Of a stretch of 64,000 nt of DNA, positions 18,390 through 30,088 are shown piece by piece. The notes beneath the pieces were generated by a model that was given only the letters and a program-made list of their open reading frames with translations, made no database searches and was not told the DNA's origin. Position 1 is the stretch's first letter. Each line of letters starts with the position of its first letter. The stretch comes from Pirellulales bacterium (GTDB lineage: Bacteria > Planctomycetota > Planctomycetia > Pirellulales > PALSA-1355). The position numbers and the translations under genes are program-made. The stretch is from NCBI GenBank assembly GCA_963733035.1, contig CAVTBU010000006.1, positions 832,001-896,000 on the forward strand. The letters run 5' to 3'.

Positions 18390-19247
18390 ATGCACGCCAA
18401 CTGGTCGAGACGAAGTTTTTTGCAAGTCGCCGCCGGACTTATCACCACCGGGGCAACCATTCGCACTGGACGGCGGGCGTGGGCCGATGACGCTGCTGAC
18501 AGGTTCGGTGGCTTTGACGTGGGCCTGCAAAGCTACACTCTGCGGCAATTTCCCGTTGACCGAGCACTTGCCGAAATCAATAAGCTCGGGCTTCATAGCG
18601 TCGAATTGTTTGAGGCGCACTTCAGCTCAAAGTCATCGGAGGCCGACATCGCAGCCATGAAGAGCAAGACCAAAGCGCTTGGCATCAAGATGCGCGGCCA
18701 CGGCGTTAATCCGTTCACTGCCGATCACGAGGCCAACCGTCGCTGGTTCGAATTTGCGAAAAAGGCCGGGATCAAAAACATCTCGGCGGATCCCACGGAA
18801 GACGCATTTGATAGCCTCGACACGCTGTGCGAGGAGTACCAGATTCGCATCGCCATCCACAACCACGGTCCTGGAGCGCGCTACGACAAAGTGGCGGACG
18901 TGCTCAATGCCGTCGATGGCCACCACCCACTGATTGGGGCCTGCGCGGATTTGGGGCACTATATCCGCTCGGGTGAGGATCCGGTCCGCGCAATCAACCT
19001 GTTGGAAGGTCGATTATATGGCATTCACCTCAAGGACTTCGCCGAACAGAAGGCGAAAACCGAGGGAGTCATTCTGGGACAGGGACACCTCGACGTGGTG
19101 GGCGTCTTTAAGGCCTTGAAGAAGGTCAATTTCCCGGCCGACGGGTGCCTGTCGCTGGAATACGAAGAGAACCCGCAGAATCCGCTCGATGACGTGCGGG
19201 CCTGCCTGGCCGCAGCCAGTGAGGGAGCAAAGCAGGCGGCAAGTTAG
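18390..19247 (+). CDS. sugar phosphate isomerase/epimerase (TIM barrel), Tat-exported paralog
   Basis: SRRSFL; same motifs as the upstream gene. Confidence 0.92.
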   Translation: MHANWSRRSFLQVAAGLITTGATIRTGRRAWADDAADRFGGFDVGLQSYTLRQFPVDRALAEINKLGLHSVELFEAHFSSKSSEADIAAMKSKTKALGIKMRGHGVNPFTADHEANRRWFEFAKKAGIKNISADPTEDAFDSLDTLCEEYQIRIAIHNHGPGARYDKVADVLNAVDGHHPLIGACADLGHYIRSGEDPVRAINLLEGRLYGIHLKDFAEQKAKTEGVILGQGHLDVVGVFKALKKVNFPADGCLSLEYEENPQNPLDDVRACLAAASEGAKQAAS

Positions 19248-19436
19248 CAGGCTCTCTGCCCCCTTCTGACAGAAAGGGACTGGAGCATGTCCCTTGGGTG
19301 AAATTCCGCGCCGGATCTGGCCGGATTTCCTTTCTTTCTTGTAAGTATTTGAACTATACTTAAGGTTATGGAGGTCGATTACTGATTTGTAATCTATCCT
19401 AAGATTTCTTTGGCCTGCTGGCCGGAGGGTTGCGCC

Positions 19437-19772
19437 ATGCGATTCAGGCGGGGTTCGATGGTTATCGTTGCTTCGGCAATCCTGCTGGCCTGCAATGTTT
19501 TGGCTAGGGCGGGTGAGCCGTATGGCTTTGATCTCGTACCAAACTCGACGTTCTACAATGGCACATGGAGCGTCTATGGTAGTGATGTTGTGCCTTCAAG
19601 CACCACTCACGACTTTGGGATGCGTACGACCTATGGTTGGGACGCAGTACCCAAAGCAATTCACCCTCACGTCGATGACTATCGCCGTGTACTTCCCGCC
19701 GAAACGGTGCAGCAGTTGACTAGCGCATTGCGTCGGGAGCCACTCGCGCGAAGTGTGGTCCAGCCTAAATAG
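19437..19772 (+). CDS. small secreted hypothetical protein
   Basis: GGAGG RBS and signal peptide ending ARA. Confidence 0.55.
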   Translation: MRFRRGSMVIVASAILLACNVLARAGEPYGFDLVPNSTFYNGTWSVYGSDVVPSSTTHDFGMRTTYGWDAVPKAIHPHVDDYRRVLPAETVQQLTSALRREPLARSVVQPK

Positions 19773-20210
19773 GCGCTCTGCTTTCACACCTGTGGCAACC
19801 CGTGCGATTGGTGGCAACGGGGCGCCTGCCGTACCGCGAGCATTCATATCTTCACGGGCTCGGCAAGTTACGTCGAGTTTGCCGGTCATCGGCCACGCTA
19901 CCTGTTGGCCTGACTTTTCAGCGTCGTAAGGTTCGCGCAAATTGTCGTTTAGCACGCTCCGATAGAGAAGGAGCATGGCAGAGGACAAGCCATCTCGGTT
20001 GGCCGCGCTGGCAATCGACACGTCACGCCCGTCAATTTCGATCCGCGTAACCGGGATTACAGAACCGTAATCCCAGGGTTCAGCATTCGTTGCAAGCGGC
20101 AAGTTGTTCTTGCCCTGTCCTAAATTACCATCATGACGCGACAGAAATAACCGACAGGAATGTTGGACATTGCAGGGCTGCGGTACGCGAGACCAGGAGG
20201 GTCGCTAGAC

Positions 20211-21842
20211 ATGCGTTTTGGAAGCGTCGCCATTCGAGTGGCAGCAGGAATTGTGCTGGCAATGACGTCGGCGACGTTCGGCTGGGCCCAGCAAGCGAGT
20301 GGCCCGCCGTTGAATACTCCTGGTTCGGGCGCATTTTCGACGTCATCGCGGGTCTCACGTCTGCCGGAGGCAGGCATGCGATTCGATCCGCAGATTGCAC
20401 CGTCCGGGTACGCCCAAGCGCCTGCGCCGAGCCCGACGCCGGCGGGAGCGGACGAATTGTCGGACCTTCGCGACCGGCTGGAAAAGGCAGAAGACGAACT
20501 GGCAAGTATGCGCAATGAGACCAAGAGCGCGGCCGACAAGTTGGTCGAACTGCTGAACCGGCAACCGCAAGCACCCCAGTTGCCGCTCATTCGGCTGAGC
20601 GGTTTTTTCCAGCTCGATGATGGCTTGTTCAGCCAGACGGCTGACAGCCACACGGCATTGGGGAGCATCAAAGACGGCGTCGACTTTCGGCGCGCTCGTC
20701 TCCAAGCCTTGGGAGCCGTGAGCGAGTTCACACGGTATAGCGTCGAAGTCGATTTTGCCACGGTTGGCCGGCCAAGCCTGATGGATATCTGGGGTGAACA
20801 ATCCAATTTGCCGTTCTTCGGCACGATTCGCATCGGGCACTTTCGCCAGCCGACCACGATGGATGCTCTGACGAGTGTTCGCCACCTCGAATTCCTCGAG
20901 CGAAACATCGCCTACCAGGCGATGGATCCTTTTCGTCGAACGGGCATCATGGCTTACCGCGTCTCGGACGATGAGATGACGACCTTGGCCTATAGTATGT
21001 ACGCCACCGGCTTCACGTTTTTCAACGGCTCGGGCCTGAGCTATGGCACTATCGGAGACACGCGCTGGGCCTCGGAACTTGGCAATAGCGGCGGCGTGTC
21101 GTTTGCCATTCGAGGTACGCACTTGTTGTACTACGATGAGCCCGCCGACGGACGCTACCTATTGCACATCGGCGGCGGTTACGACTTTAGCGAGATTGGC
21201 GGTCAGGGGACGACCGGGTCATTTGCGAAGACCTACCAGGCCCGACCCATTCCGGAGTTTTTCGAGGGTGACGCGGCCGGAGCCGGAGTTCCGCCGGTCC
21301 TCGACTCGGGACGAATCTTAGCCAACAACTTTCACTTTGCCCATGTGGAACTGGCCGGCAACTATGGCTCTGCCCATTTCCAGACGGAATTTCTGGGTAC
21401 GTCGCTCAATCAGCTTAACGGACCGCCCGTTTTTTATTACGGAGCCTATTTTCAGGGTGGCTATTTCCTGACTGGCGAGAGCATTGGATACAACAAGCAG
21501 ACGGGCGTGTTTGACTACGTCGTCGAGCCGTTTAGCGAATTCTTCGGTACCGGCAAGCGCGGAAATGTGTGCGGTTGGGGGGCCTGGGAACTCGCTTTCC
21601 GCTGGTCGTACCTCAACTTGGCGGCCACGAACATCAATCCGGGCAATATCATACCGGGAGGCGCGGGGCCGCCGCCATCGCCGAATCCCGGCCAGGTTAA
21701 CGAAACAACTGTTGCCCTTAACTGGTGGTGGAATCGTTACACGCGTGTTCAGTTCAACTGGATCCATAGCATGCCGGACTACAACCTGTTCGGGTACGCG
21801 CCGTTCGACATCTTTGGCACGCGGTTCCAGGTGGAGTTCTAA
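20211..21842 (+). CDS. OprO/OprP-family porin
   Basis: DGVDFRRARL, FLER, GWGAWELAFRWS, LNWWWN, terminal QVEF. Confidence 0.9.
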   Translation: MRFGSVAIRVAAGIVLAMTSATFGWAQQASGPPLNTPGSGAFSTSSRVSRLPEAGMRFDPQIAPSGYAQAPAPSPTPAGADELSDLRDRLEKAEDELASMRNETKSAADKLVELLNRQPQAPQLPLIRLSGFFQLDDGLFSQTADSHTALGSIKDGVDFRRARLQALGAVSEFTRYSVEVDFATVGRPSLMDIWGEQSNLPFFGTIRIGHFRQPTTMDALTSVRHLEFLERNIAYQAMDPFRRTGIMAYRVSDDEMTTLAYSMYATGFTFFNGSGLSYGTIGDTRWASELGNSGGVSFAIRGTHLLYYDEPADGRYLLHIGGGYDFSEIGGQGTTGSFAKTYQARPIPEFFEGDAAGAGVPPVLDSGRILANNFHFAHVELAGNYGSAHFQTEFLGTSLNQLNGPPVFYYGAYFQGGYFLTGESIGYNKQTGVFDYVVEPFSEFFGTGKRGNVCGWGAWELAFRWSYLNLAATNINPGNIIPGGAGPPPSPNPGQVNETTVALNWWWNRYTRVQFNWIHSMPDYNLFGYAPFDIFGTRFQVEF

Positions 21843-21960
21843 AATCTTAGACTCGCACAGCATCTGATCCACTCGGAACGGATCGTGACCCGAGATTCTT
21901 GCGCGGCGTGAGGCCGCACGAAGGCACTCTCCCAACCGATCTACCCGGTAGGATTTTCGG

Positions 21961-24959
21961 TCAGCGCCCCTGCAGCTGGCGCGATCGTTGCAACAGGTCC
22001 TTATATCTGGCAACCGTCTCCGGTCCGTTCAGCCGCGGACTCAGCACCAAAGTCGCATTGAGCAATTGCTCTGCTTGTAGAGCTTGGCTCGGATCGCGTG
22101 CTTTGAGGGCTGCCAGGAACAGGCAGTCGGCCGCGTTGTATACCACCTCGTAGTACTCCGGCGGTTTGCTGCGAGCGTGCGCGAGTCGCGTCCGGAGCCT
22201 TGTCCAATGCGCGACGGCCTCGTCAAAGCGAGCCGGTTCAATATCGGCCCAGGCCTGCAACAGCCGTCCTTTCTCCATCTTGGGTTCCAGCGCATTCGGA
22301 TGAGCCGAAATCAATTGGTCAACTTGCTCTAGTCCGGCAGCGAAATCGGCACTGTTTTGCGCTTGCGCCGCAACAGACCGACGAGCTGCACTCGGACGCG
22401 CGTGAGTGCCGCGGCGTTTGCCTCGGCGAATGTTGGATCAGACTTGCCTTGTGCCAGAACGGCCTCATACAGTTGTCGCGCAGCGTCGGTCTGGTCGAGT
22501 TCGAGGCTCGTATCGGCGACGAAGATGAGTGCCGCAAGCGATTGCTCTTTGCGGGGGACCAAGCGAGCGATCAATTGGGTCACAAGTTCTTTCCGCGCTG
22601 CCGCAGTGGCTTCTGCCGTCGCGCGGCGCTGTGGATTCGCAGCAGTGCCTGCTTCGATCACGTCGGCGGCCGCCTGTTTCCAGGTGTCGCTGATCGACTT
22701 AACGATGGAAACGAGCACCCCATTGACCGCCGCGTTGTCGGGACCCACCTCAAGCAAAAGTGTCGCGACATTCGCGGCCTCATCCGGTTGTTCCGCGGCC
22801 AGATGCGCACGGGCAGCAGTCAAGAAGACACGCAGCAGCACGTTATCAAGCGGGTCGGGCCTGTTTGCCTGGATCCACTCGACGAGTGGGTCTATCAGTT
22901 CAGCCGCCGCCTGCGGGCGATTGGATTCGGCGGCGATTTCGGCCAGGAGCAGCTGAGTTTCGAGCAGCGACCGAGAGATGGGTTCACCTGGGACGGCCGC
23001 GTTTTTCATGCCCTCCAGGCTTTTCGTGAGCTGATCTTCCGCCATCGTTCGTTCGCCGGTCAGCACCTGGGCATCGGCCTGTGCTCCCTTTCGTTTTTCG
23101 ATCAGATATAGCCGCCAATGGGTTTGTCCGGCCAGGGCCATGGCTGTCGGGTACCGCGGCGACCGCGGGTTGACGCGTTCGAATACCGCCAGGGCACCGG
23201 AGGCGTCTCCGTGCACGAGACTTGCCTGACCGAGCGCGATGCGGGCATCATCTGCCTCGGGTTTGTCGGGCCAGCGGTCGATCGTTTGCTTGGCGAGGGC
23301 GTTCAATTGATCGAGCGCAGCTTGTTTGTCCTGGGACTGCGCATAGCTTGCCAGTGCCGCAGACACCGCCAGCGCCGATGCAGATGGAGCGACTGCACTC
23401 TCGGGTCGCTCTTCAAAGATCTTCCGAGCCAACGACAATGCCTTGTCGATGTCGCCTGAGGAGTAGTATCTGGCGGCCAGTTGATAGCGCGCATAATCGA
23501 GTCGTGCGCGGGCCGTTTCCAAACGTTCGGCATCCTTCGTCGTGGAAGAAAGTTCCAGTGCTTTCTCAAGAGCCGTGGCCGCGGTCGGCCAGTCGAGACT
23601 TTCGGCCGCGCTTTCGCCGACGGCGAACGCTTCGTCAAACGTTTTGATGCTGGAAAGATCGTGCGGACTGCTCTTGGTCAAGTCCCGCCGCAGCAATATG
23701 GCTTCCTGCTGAAACGCGCCGCGAGTGCGAGCGATGTCCGCCAACTGAGAGAGTGACGCTTGCACGAGTTGGTTCTTCCGAGGGCCGGCGATTTCCTCGG
23801 CGTGCTCCAGATTGCTACGTGCCACTTCGAGTGCCACGCCCTGATACGCATCCATCGACCTCCAAGCCCGGCGCGATTGGAGCCACTCGCTTGCCTGCTT
23901 CAGAAACTCCTTGAAGCCCTGCATTCGCCGCACGACCAGCAAGCGGTGGTACTGCGCCTCGGCAAACAACGGTTCCAAACCCGTTTCGCGTTCGCGACCC
24001 TCAGGCGCCGTGGCCAGGACTTCGTCGTAAATATCGAGGGCCAATTGGTCCTGGCCCAGTTCGTCGGCACTTCGACCGTGCCACATGTGAGCATGCAGGC
24101 CGATCAGGCTTTCGCGGTATCCCTGGAAAATGGTGTCGAATGCCTTGGCGGCAGAGGCAAGAGCGACTTGCCGTTCCTTTGACTTGGGGTCTGGGAACGT
24201 TTGACCTAGGTAAAATTCGATCTTTGCTGCTTTGAAACGGCAGTCTAGCCAGGACAGTTCCGCCTCACGCTGAGCTTCTTCGGCGGCGCGCCGCTTGCGA
24301 GTGAACGATGCGGTGCGTTGCCGCCCGCTCGGCAAATCCTTGTTTTCAGCCATGATCGCCTGGAAGCGATCGTGGTAGCGCTCGGTCGCGTCGACAAACC
24401 GGGGGCGTGCCTCTTCCAGTGCGGCACGTGCGGCTTGCATTTGTTGCTGCTTGACCGCCGGATCTTTCATTGTGTTGGCGATACGCAGATGTTCGAGTGC
24501 GCGGTCGAGCGCCAAGTCGCCCCACGATTCCATCGCTCGAGCCACCTCGGCGTGATCGGGATGCTCGCGGAGGAACTTATCAAGGTGTGATTGGGCCTTT
24601 GCCATGCGGGCTTGCGCCTCGTCGGCGTTGTATGCCTCCGCGGCGGCGCTTCGATAACTGCGAGACAATTCCAAATCCCAAGTCTCGTCCAAAGTTGGCG
24701 GCATTTTGCCGCTTGAACGAAGTTGCTCGAGGTAATCGAGCGCGACTTCTCCGTATCCCTTGGCTTGCGCAGCATGCAGAAACTGGAATACAGGTGATTC
24801 AGCCCGAAGCGCGTGAGGCATGAATAGCGCAACGAGCGTCGTAGCGACTGCGGCGCACGCGGACCATCGAGAAGTCTTGAGCGTGCGAAAGGACAACACA
24901 GGCAAGGCGATATTCATGCGGTAACGGACGGCCGACGATTGCCTCAGGCCATGCAGCAC
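21961..24959 (-). CDS. large secreted TPR-repeat protein, frameshift near 22365
   Basis: Helical repeats; the second frame QAQNSADFAAGLEQVDQL... continues to the stop at 21961; start uncertain. Confidence 0.78.
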
Positions 24960-24963
24960 TTGG

Positions 24964-26618
24964 TTACTTCGTATTGACCTGGGCGGTTTGGTCTTCCGGT
25001 TTCTTGTCTTGCGAGTCGTCAGCGTCGAGTTTATAGAGCGGCAAATAGCGATAGTAAACCTCCAGCGTCAGGCAAGCGAGGCTCGTTACCATGAGTCGAC
25101 CACCTTGTTCTCGCCAACGGTCGGGAGTGGGCCGCGCTGGGTCCCAGCTGCCTGCCGCGCAGCCCTCTTTGACTTGCGACTCGATCAACACCCGCCGCAT
25201 CTGTCGGTTCCAGGTATCCCACTCCGGACCGGGCACGTTGTGCATCACCTGCGTGGCGTAGTACCAGTAGTAGGTATCGCGGGATTTGATATTTGGCAGG
25301 TGGCCCATGAGGTACGTCATGCCCTCTTGAATGGCTGGCTCGCCACGCTGCGCCCGAGGTATTGCGTACACAACAATCCGACCGAGGTCATCGATGGGGT
25401 GGCGGGTGTCTTGGGGTTGTAAGCGAACGTGCCCCCAGTCTTGCTCTTAGTGACGCTTTTGAGCCAGCGCTGCGCGCCTTTAATTGTTTCAGGATTGGTT
25501 TTCAGCCCGGCCATTTGAGCACTCTTGAGTGCCATCAATTGCCAACCTACCACGGACGTATCACCGAGAGTGGCTTGGGGCGGCACACCATAGTGCCAGC
25601 CGCCGGTGCCGGGGATTTGCGATTTTTCGATAAACTGGATGGCGTTCTGCGCGGCTGCACCGAGAAAGGCGTCTTTGCTCAAACCGTACGCTTCGCAGAG
25701 CGTGATCGCGGCTAGTCCGTGCGTATACATGTTGCTGCCGTCGCGCAGGTCTCCATCTCCCTTCATGCGACTGATCATCCACCGCAAGCCACCATCAATC
25801 GAAGCGCGATAGGGGCCTTTGCTGCGGTGCGTCTGACCGGCGGCAAAAAAAGGCAACAGGGCCATGGCGGTGGCGGCAACGTCTGACTTGGCGCTGCCTC
25901 CTCCATCGCAGGGCTCGCCTTTGCAGTGCTGCGAGAAGCCGTCGAGGCTCCAACTTCCGTTGCGATTCTGATGCCGCACGATCCAGTTCAGAGCCGCCGC
26001 GACCGCGCACTCACTCGCCTTTGTACCGCCATAGCCGCCGAGCATTGTTTTGCGAGCCGCCGCATCGCTGCGCACGCCGAAACCGCTTCCAGTTCCCGCG
26101 CTGCCGACTCCCCGGCCGCCCGTCGCGCCCAGTCCGGAACCTCGCACCAATGGTCCCGGGCCAAGTGCGCTTATGGAGAATCCATCCATGCCGCCAATGC
26201 CGCCGCCTGACGCGGAGCCGCCTCCACCGGCCGCTAGAGCATCGGCCGCCGCTGAAACGTCACTTTGCGACGGGTCCACTTCGATCGAGGGAGCATCGAC
26301 CAGGCTGAGCGTATCGGTCGTCAGTTCGGTCGGTTCGAGTGGAGCGTCGCCGACGTCAAAGTGATCGAGCTCCGGCGGCGGGATTTCGGTGTTGATCGTC
26401 GACTCGAAAGCCGGTGCTTCACCATCGGTGGAACGCGAGGTCACTTGACCGACGAGCAACAATACCGCCGAAAGGACCACGACGTGGGCCGTTACGCTCG
26501 TCACGTACCAGACGCCACTGGTCATGGCCCAAGCTTTAATAGACAAGTAGACGTCCGCTGGACGGATTTGCCGCGCGGCGGCAAGAATACCGGCAAAGTT
26601 TGGCAGGTAATTTCGCAT
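24964..26618 (-). CDS. prenyltransferase/squalene oxidase repeat protein, frameshift near 25352
   Basis: ALNWIVRHQNRNGSW, GGWHY, GDTSVVGWQ, YYWYYATQ, LEVYYRYLPLY spread over two frames. Confidence 0.88.
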
Positions 26619-26808
26619 GTGGCGCGGTCCTCATGCTCACGCGTTGCCAGAGAATTTAATTGCCCGCGCCGTTGCGCCCACCTGCGCTGCGGCGCAATGC
26701 TAGTTGTACCGTGTGCTTTGCCACAAACCTCTATGCTTGCAAGGTTTACTTCGAAACCATTCTTCGCCGGGAACTGCCATTATCCTCTCCGGCGCAGCAC
26801 CGGTCCAG

Positions 26809-27861
26809 TTAATTCTCCTCGGGATCTTCGGTCCATGGAGTCCCCGAATTGTCGTCCTCAGGTGCGTTTTCTGCCGGGCCGCTATCGCTCGTAAGCCAAG
26901 CTTCAACGGCTTGGTCGTCCGCCGAGCCAACACTTTCCTCCATCGATGGCGCAATCCGCGTGCGGCCCCAGAGCACCAAACCCCAACGAATCACAAACAA
27001 ACTCAAGAGGGCGGCCGCGAGATACCACGTCCATTGCCAGTCGTCCCTGCCAGCCAGCGGATTGCTTGGCGTGGGGTGCCAGATGAGCCGTCCAATCAGC
27101 AGGGGCGTGGCCCTGGTGTGTCCCTCGTGGTCTTCATACGGCAACAGTTTGAGGAAGTAGCCGACGAAGGTGGCCTCTTCGTAGACGTTGTCACCCGAGG
27201 GCATGCTTGGCGGCAAGTCACCGACCACCATCCAATACCAATTGGGCTGCGAACTCGTGTTCCAACCAAAGACTTCGTACAGTTTTTGCACGCCCAGATC
27301 GTTTTGCGCTACATCATCCACGGTCAGCGTGCGCCGCAAATGCACGGGAAACTCCACGAGTTTGCCTCGGTAGCGTTTGGGCTCATTCCACAAATCGCGA
27401 AAGGTAACTTTCTTGTCGGCTCGTTTTTGGAGTTCCACGGCGGTTTGGCGCGATTGCCATGCCCACAGTCGCCAATAGGCCGGCATTTCGTCGGCGGCCA
27501 GGGGCACACGATCGGCTATGGCAGCGAGTTCCTCGCGAGCGGCGTCTTGTTCCAGGGGATCGCTGTCGGTGGGGCCGACTCTGGGCGCGGACGATTTCGG
27601 GGGCAGCCGTTCGGGTAGCGACGGCGCTTGCGCGACTGTGTCGTCTGGAGCAAACCATTTCCACGTTTGCGGATCGCCTGCGCGTTGCATCAGCATGAAC
27701 AGCACGCCTAGCATGGCAACTAGCGTCAGCAGCCGCGCGAACTCGGCGCCGCGGAAGAAAGTAGCGGGCCGTCGATCATGAAGTCGTCGCATGGCACACA
27801 AGAGAAGAGCGTATGGGAATTTGGTTTCCAACGCGGTCGATTGTATTGGGCGGGGGCTCAC
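26809..27861 (-). CDS. membrane-anchored hypothetical protein
   Basis: Two TM segments; P.RYRGKLV and FVGYFLK; start overlaps the exbD stop. Confidence 0.75.
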   Translation of the reverse strand: MSPRPIQSTALETKFPYALLLCAMRRLHDRRPATFFRGAEFARLLTLVAMLGVLFMLMQRAGDPQTWKWFAPDDTVAQAPSLPERLPPKSSAPRVGPTDSDPLEQDAAREELAAIADRVPLAADEMPAYWRLWAWQSRQTAVELQKRADKKVTFRDLWNEPKRYRGKLVEFPVHLRRTLTVDDVAQNDLGVQKLYEVFGWNTSSQPNWYWMVVGDLPPSMPSGDNVYEEATFVGYFLKLLPYEDHEGHTRATPLLIGRLIWHPTPSNPLAGRDDWQWTWYLAAALLSLFVIRWGLVLWGRTRIAPSMEESVGSADDQAVEAWLTSDSGPAENAPEDDNSGTPWTEDPEEN

Positions 27862-28376
27862 TCCGTTGTCACATCGGGCAGTTCGACAAAGCTGAGCTTC
27901 GTAAGCCGCTGGCCATCGGGAAGCTTTTGACGCGTGCAGACGTCAACCACTCCCATCAGCGCGTCGTAATGCAGACCCGAACCCACCTGAATCACCACCT
28001 GGTCAAACGGGCTCGCCTGATCGGAGAGTACGGTGCGCAGGCGATCGTTCAGGCCAGTAAGCGTCGCTAGGGGGCTTTCGCCTAGCGACATCGAGCCGAT
28101 ACCGCCCACGCCGTTGGGAATCACGCTGATAATCAGCGAATTCAGGCCTTGCACGGGGTTGAGGTTGTCTGGATTGGTGCCCGCTTGCACCGAACTTTGC
28201 GCGGCACTGACGGGTTGCGCCGGTGGCATGCGGAGTGAAATCTGGCCTTCGACGGGTGCCGGCTTGAAAGTGAGGATGAAAAATGTCAGCAATTGAAACG
28301 CCATGTCGAGCATGGCGGCGAGGTTCAGCTCGACCTCGCCCTGTAGGCGTCGTTTCCGGCGTCGTCGGCGTCTCAT
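27858..28376 (-). CDS. exbD: biopolymer transporter ExbD
   Basis: NLAAMLDMAFQLLTFFIL. Confidence 0.9.
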   Translation of the reverse strand: MRRRRRRKRRLQGEVELNLAAMLDMAFQLLTFFILTFKPAPVEGQISLRMPPAQPVSAAQSSVQAGTNPDNLNPVQGLNSLIISVIPNGVGGIGSMSLGESPLATLTGLNDRLRTVLSDQASPFDQVVIQVGSGLHYDALMGVVDVCTRQKLPDGQRLTKLSFVELPDVTTE

Positions 28377-28843
28377 CCGGCTTGCTCATCCGACTTGTTC
28401 ATTGCTTTGAGCGAGAAATTACGAAAACCGTGTTCCTGGCAGACCTTGATGACGCGATTGAGGAGGTGAAACGGCGTGGCCCGGTCAGCCCGAATTACGA
28501 CAGTTGTGGGCAAATCGTCGCCCGGTTCGAGCTTGGGGTTCTTGCGACGCGCCAGGAGGTAGCTTGACTGTGCCTCGCCGGCGATGTAGCTATCGATGTT
28601 CTTGGTGGTGTTATAGACCTTCAATTGCCCTTCTTTGTCGATGTTCAGCACCAGCAGGTCGTGGGCGCCATGCGTGTCGACGGGTCGCGCCGAGGCGACG
28701 ACAGGCAATTTGAGGCTCATGTCGAGTGATGCCGCCTTGAAGTTGATTACGAGCATGAAGAACGTGATCAACTGGAACACCATGTCCAGAATTGGCGTCA
28801 GGTTCGGCTCGGCACTGGCTTCGTGATAGTTCGAGGCGGACAT
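28373..28843 (-). CDS. exbD: biopolymer transporter ExbD
   Basis: NLTPILDMVFQLITFFML, VVIRADR. Confidence 0.92.
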   Translation of the reverse strand: MSASNYHEASAEPNLTPILDMVFQLITFFMLVINFKAASLDMSLKLPVVASARPVDTHGAHDLLVLNIDKEGQLKVYNTTKNIDSYIAGEAQSSYLLARRKNPKLEPGDDLPTTVVIRADRATPFHLLNRVIKVCQEHGFRNFSLKAMNKSDEQAG

Positions 28844-28851
28844 GATGGACT

Positions 28852-29709
28852 CTACTGCTTAGCGGGTTTCGCGGCCGCGGGGGCGGCTTTGGACCGAGCC
28901 GCGTGAGCGAAATGCCGCAAATACTCGTCGGCCTGCAGCAGCGTCGCCACAGAAATGGACGAAACGCGATTGCGAAACACGGCATAGAAATAAATCGCCG
29001 GAACCGATAGCGCTACGCCCTCAAACGTCAGCAGCAGCGCTTCAGAGATTCCGCCGGCGACTTCGCTCGCTTTGAGTTGCACGTCGCTGAGCGCGATCAC
29101 GCTAAAGCTGGCGATCATTCCCTTGAGCGTGCCCAGGAGTCCGATCATCGGGCCTAGTGTCCCCAGCACCGCCAACATGCTGATTTTCTTTTCCATTTCC
29201 ACGGTTACCGCCTCGCCGGTCCGCTCCAGCGCATCACGCCCGTCAGGCAGTCCGTTCGGCAGTTCGGCGATCCCGGCGGAAAGTACCCGTCCCAGGGCTG
29301 ACGGATCTTCTTTCACGCGGGCATAGATCTCCTTGAACTCCCGCTTTTGCAGCAAGTCGACAAGTTGATCGACCAACTCGGGCGGTGTGGCTACCTTCTG
29401 TCGCATTTCAATGAACAGCCGGCTCACCGTGGCGATGAAATAGATCGACAGCAGTAGAATGACGAAGCCGATGAACCCTGATGATTCGATGAACCACCAG
29501 AACATCGACTTGCGGACCGGCTGACTCTGCACCTGGTCGGATGCGGCTGGTTCCGGAGCTTCGGCGAGTGGTTGTTCAGCGGCACCTGCCGGGGCGGCTT
29601 CGTCCTGACCACGGGCTCCACGCGGTTCAAGCGACAGCCCGCCGACCAGCAAGGCCAACAACAAGGACAAGAAACCCAATCGGCGCGCAGCAAGCGGTCG
29701 GTCGTTCAT
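28852..29709 (-). CDS. exbB: MotA/TolQ/ExbB proton channel protein
   Basis: GPMIGLLGTLKGMI, AGGISEALLLT. Confidence 0.92.
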   Translation of the reverse strand: MNDRPLAARRLGFLSLLLALLVGGLSLEPRGARGQDEAAPAGAAEQPLAEAPEPAASDQVQSQPVRKSMFWWFIESSGFIGFVILLLSIYFIATVSRLFIEMRQKVATPPELVDQLVDLLQKREFKEIYARVKEDPSALGRVLSAGIAELPNGLPDGRDALERTGEAVTVEMEKKISMLAVLGTLGPMIGLLGTLKGMIASFSVIALSDVQLKASEVAGGISEALLLTFEGVALSVPAIYFYAVFRNRVSSISVATLLQADEYLRHFAHAARSKAAPAAAKPAKQ

Positions 29710-30088
29710 TTGGCGATCTCGACATGGGGCCCTGGGGGGATGTGAGCGGCCATGCTAGCACGGCAGCGACCTCCATATTAAGTCACCCGCGAAGGGAAAA
29801 AAAGCGTTTCTCCATGAAGTTTTGCCGCGAGTGCAAAGTGCTAGCGTTGGGAGACAGCGGTCTGCGGCGAATTCAAGCGGATTGTTGGTGCGGTTCGTTT
29901 TTTTGGGGCGCGGCGGCACTCGTGCGACGATAACTGATGACGTGTTGACACATTGAGCCGCCTGTCGCTATAAGCTTTCCCGCACTCGGGCAGAATGGGG
30001 AAGCGGGCTCCTTTGTCGTGCGTGCCCGTCTCATCACCGAGTTTAAGGAACGCCATTGATGCACTCGCCATCCACATCCGCGGGCACG

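Noticed and set aside
17800..18900. Recent gene conversion between the TIM-barrel paralogs
   Set aside because: Many synonymous differences in the conserved block
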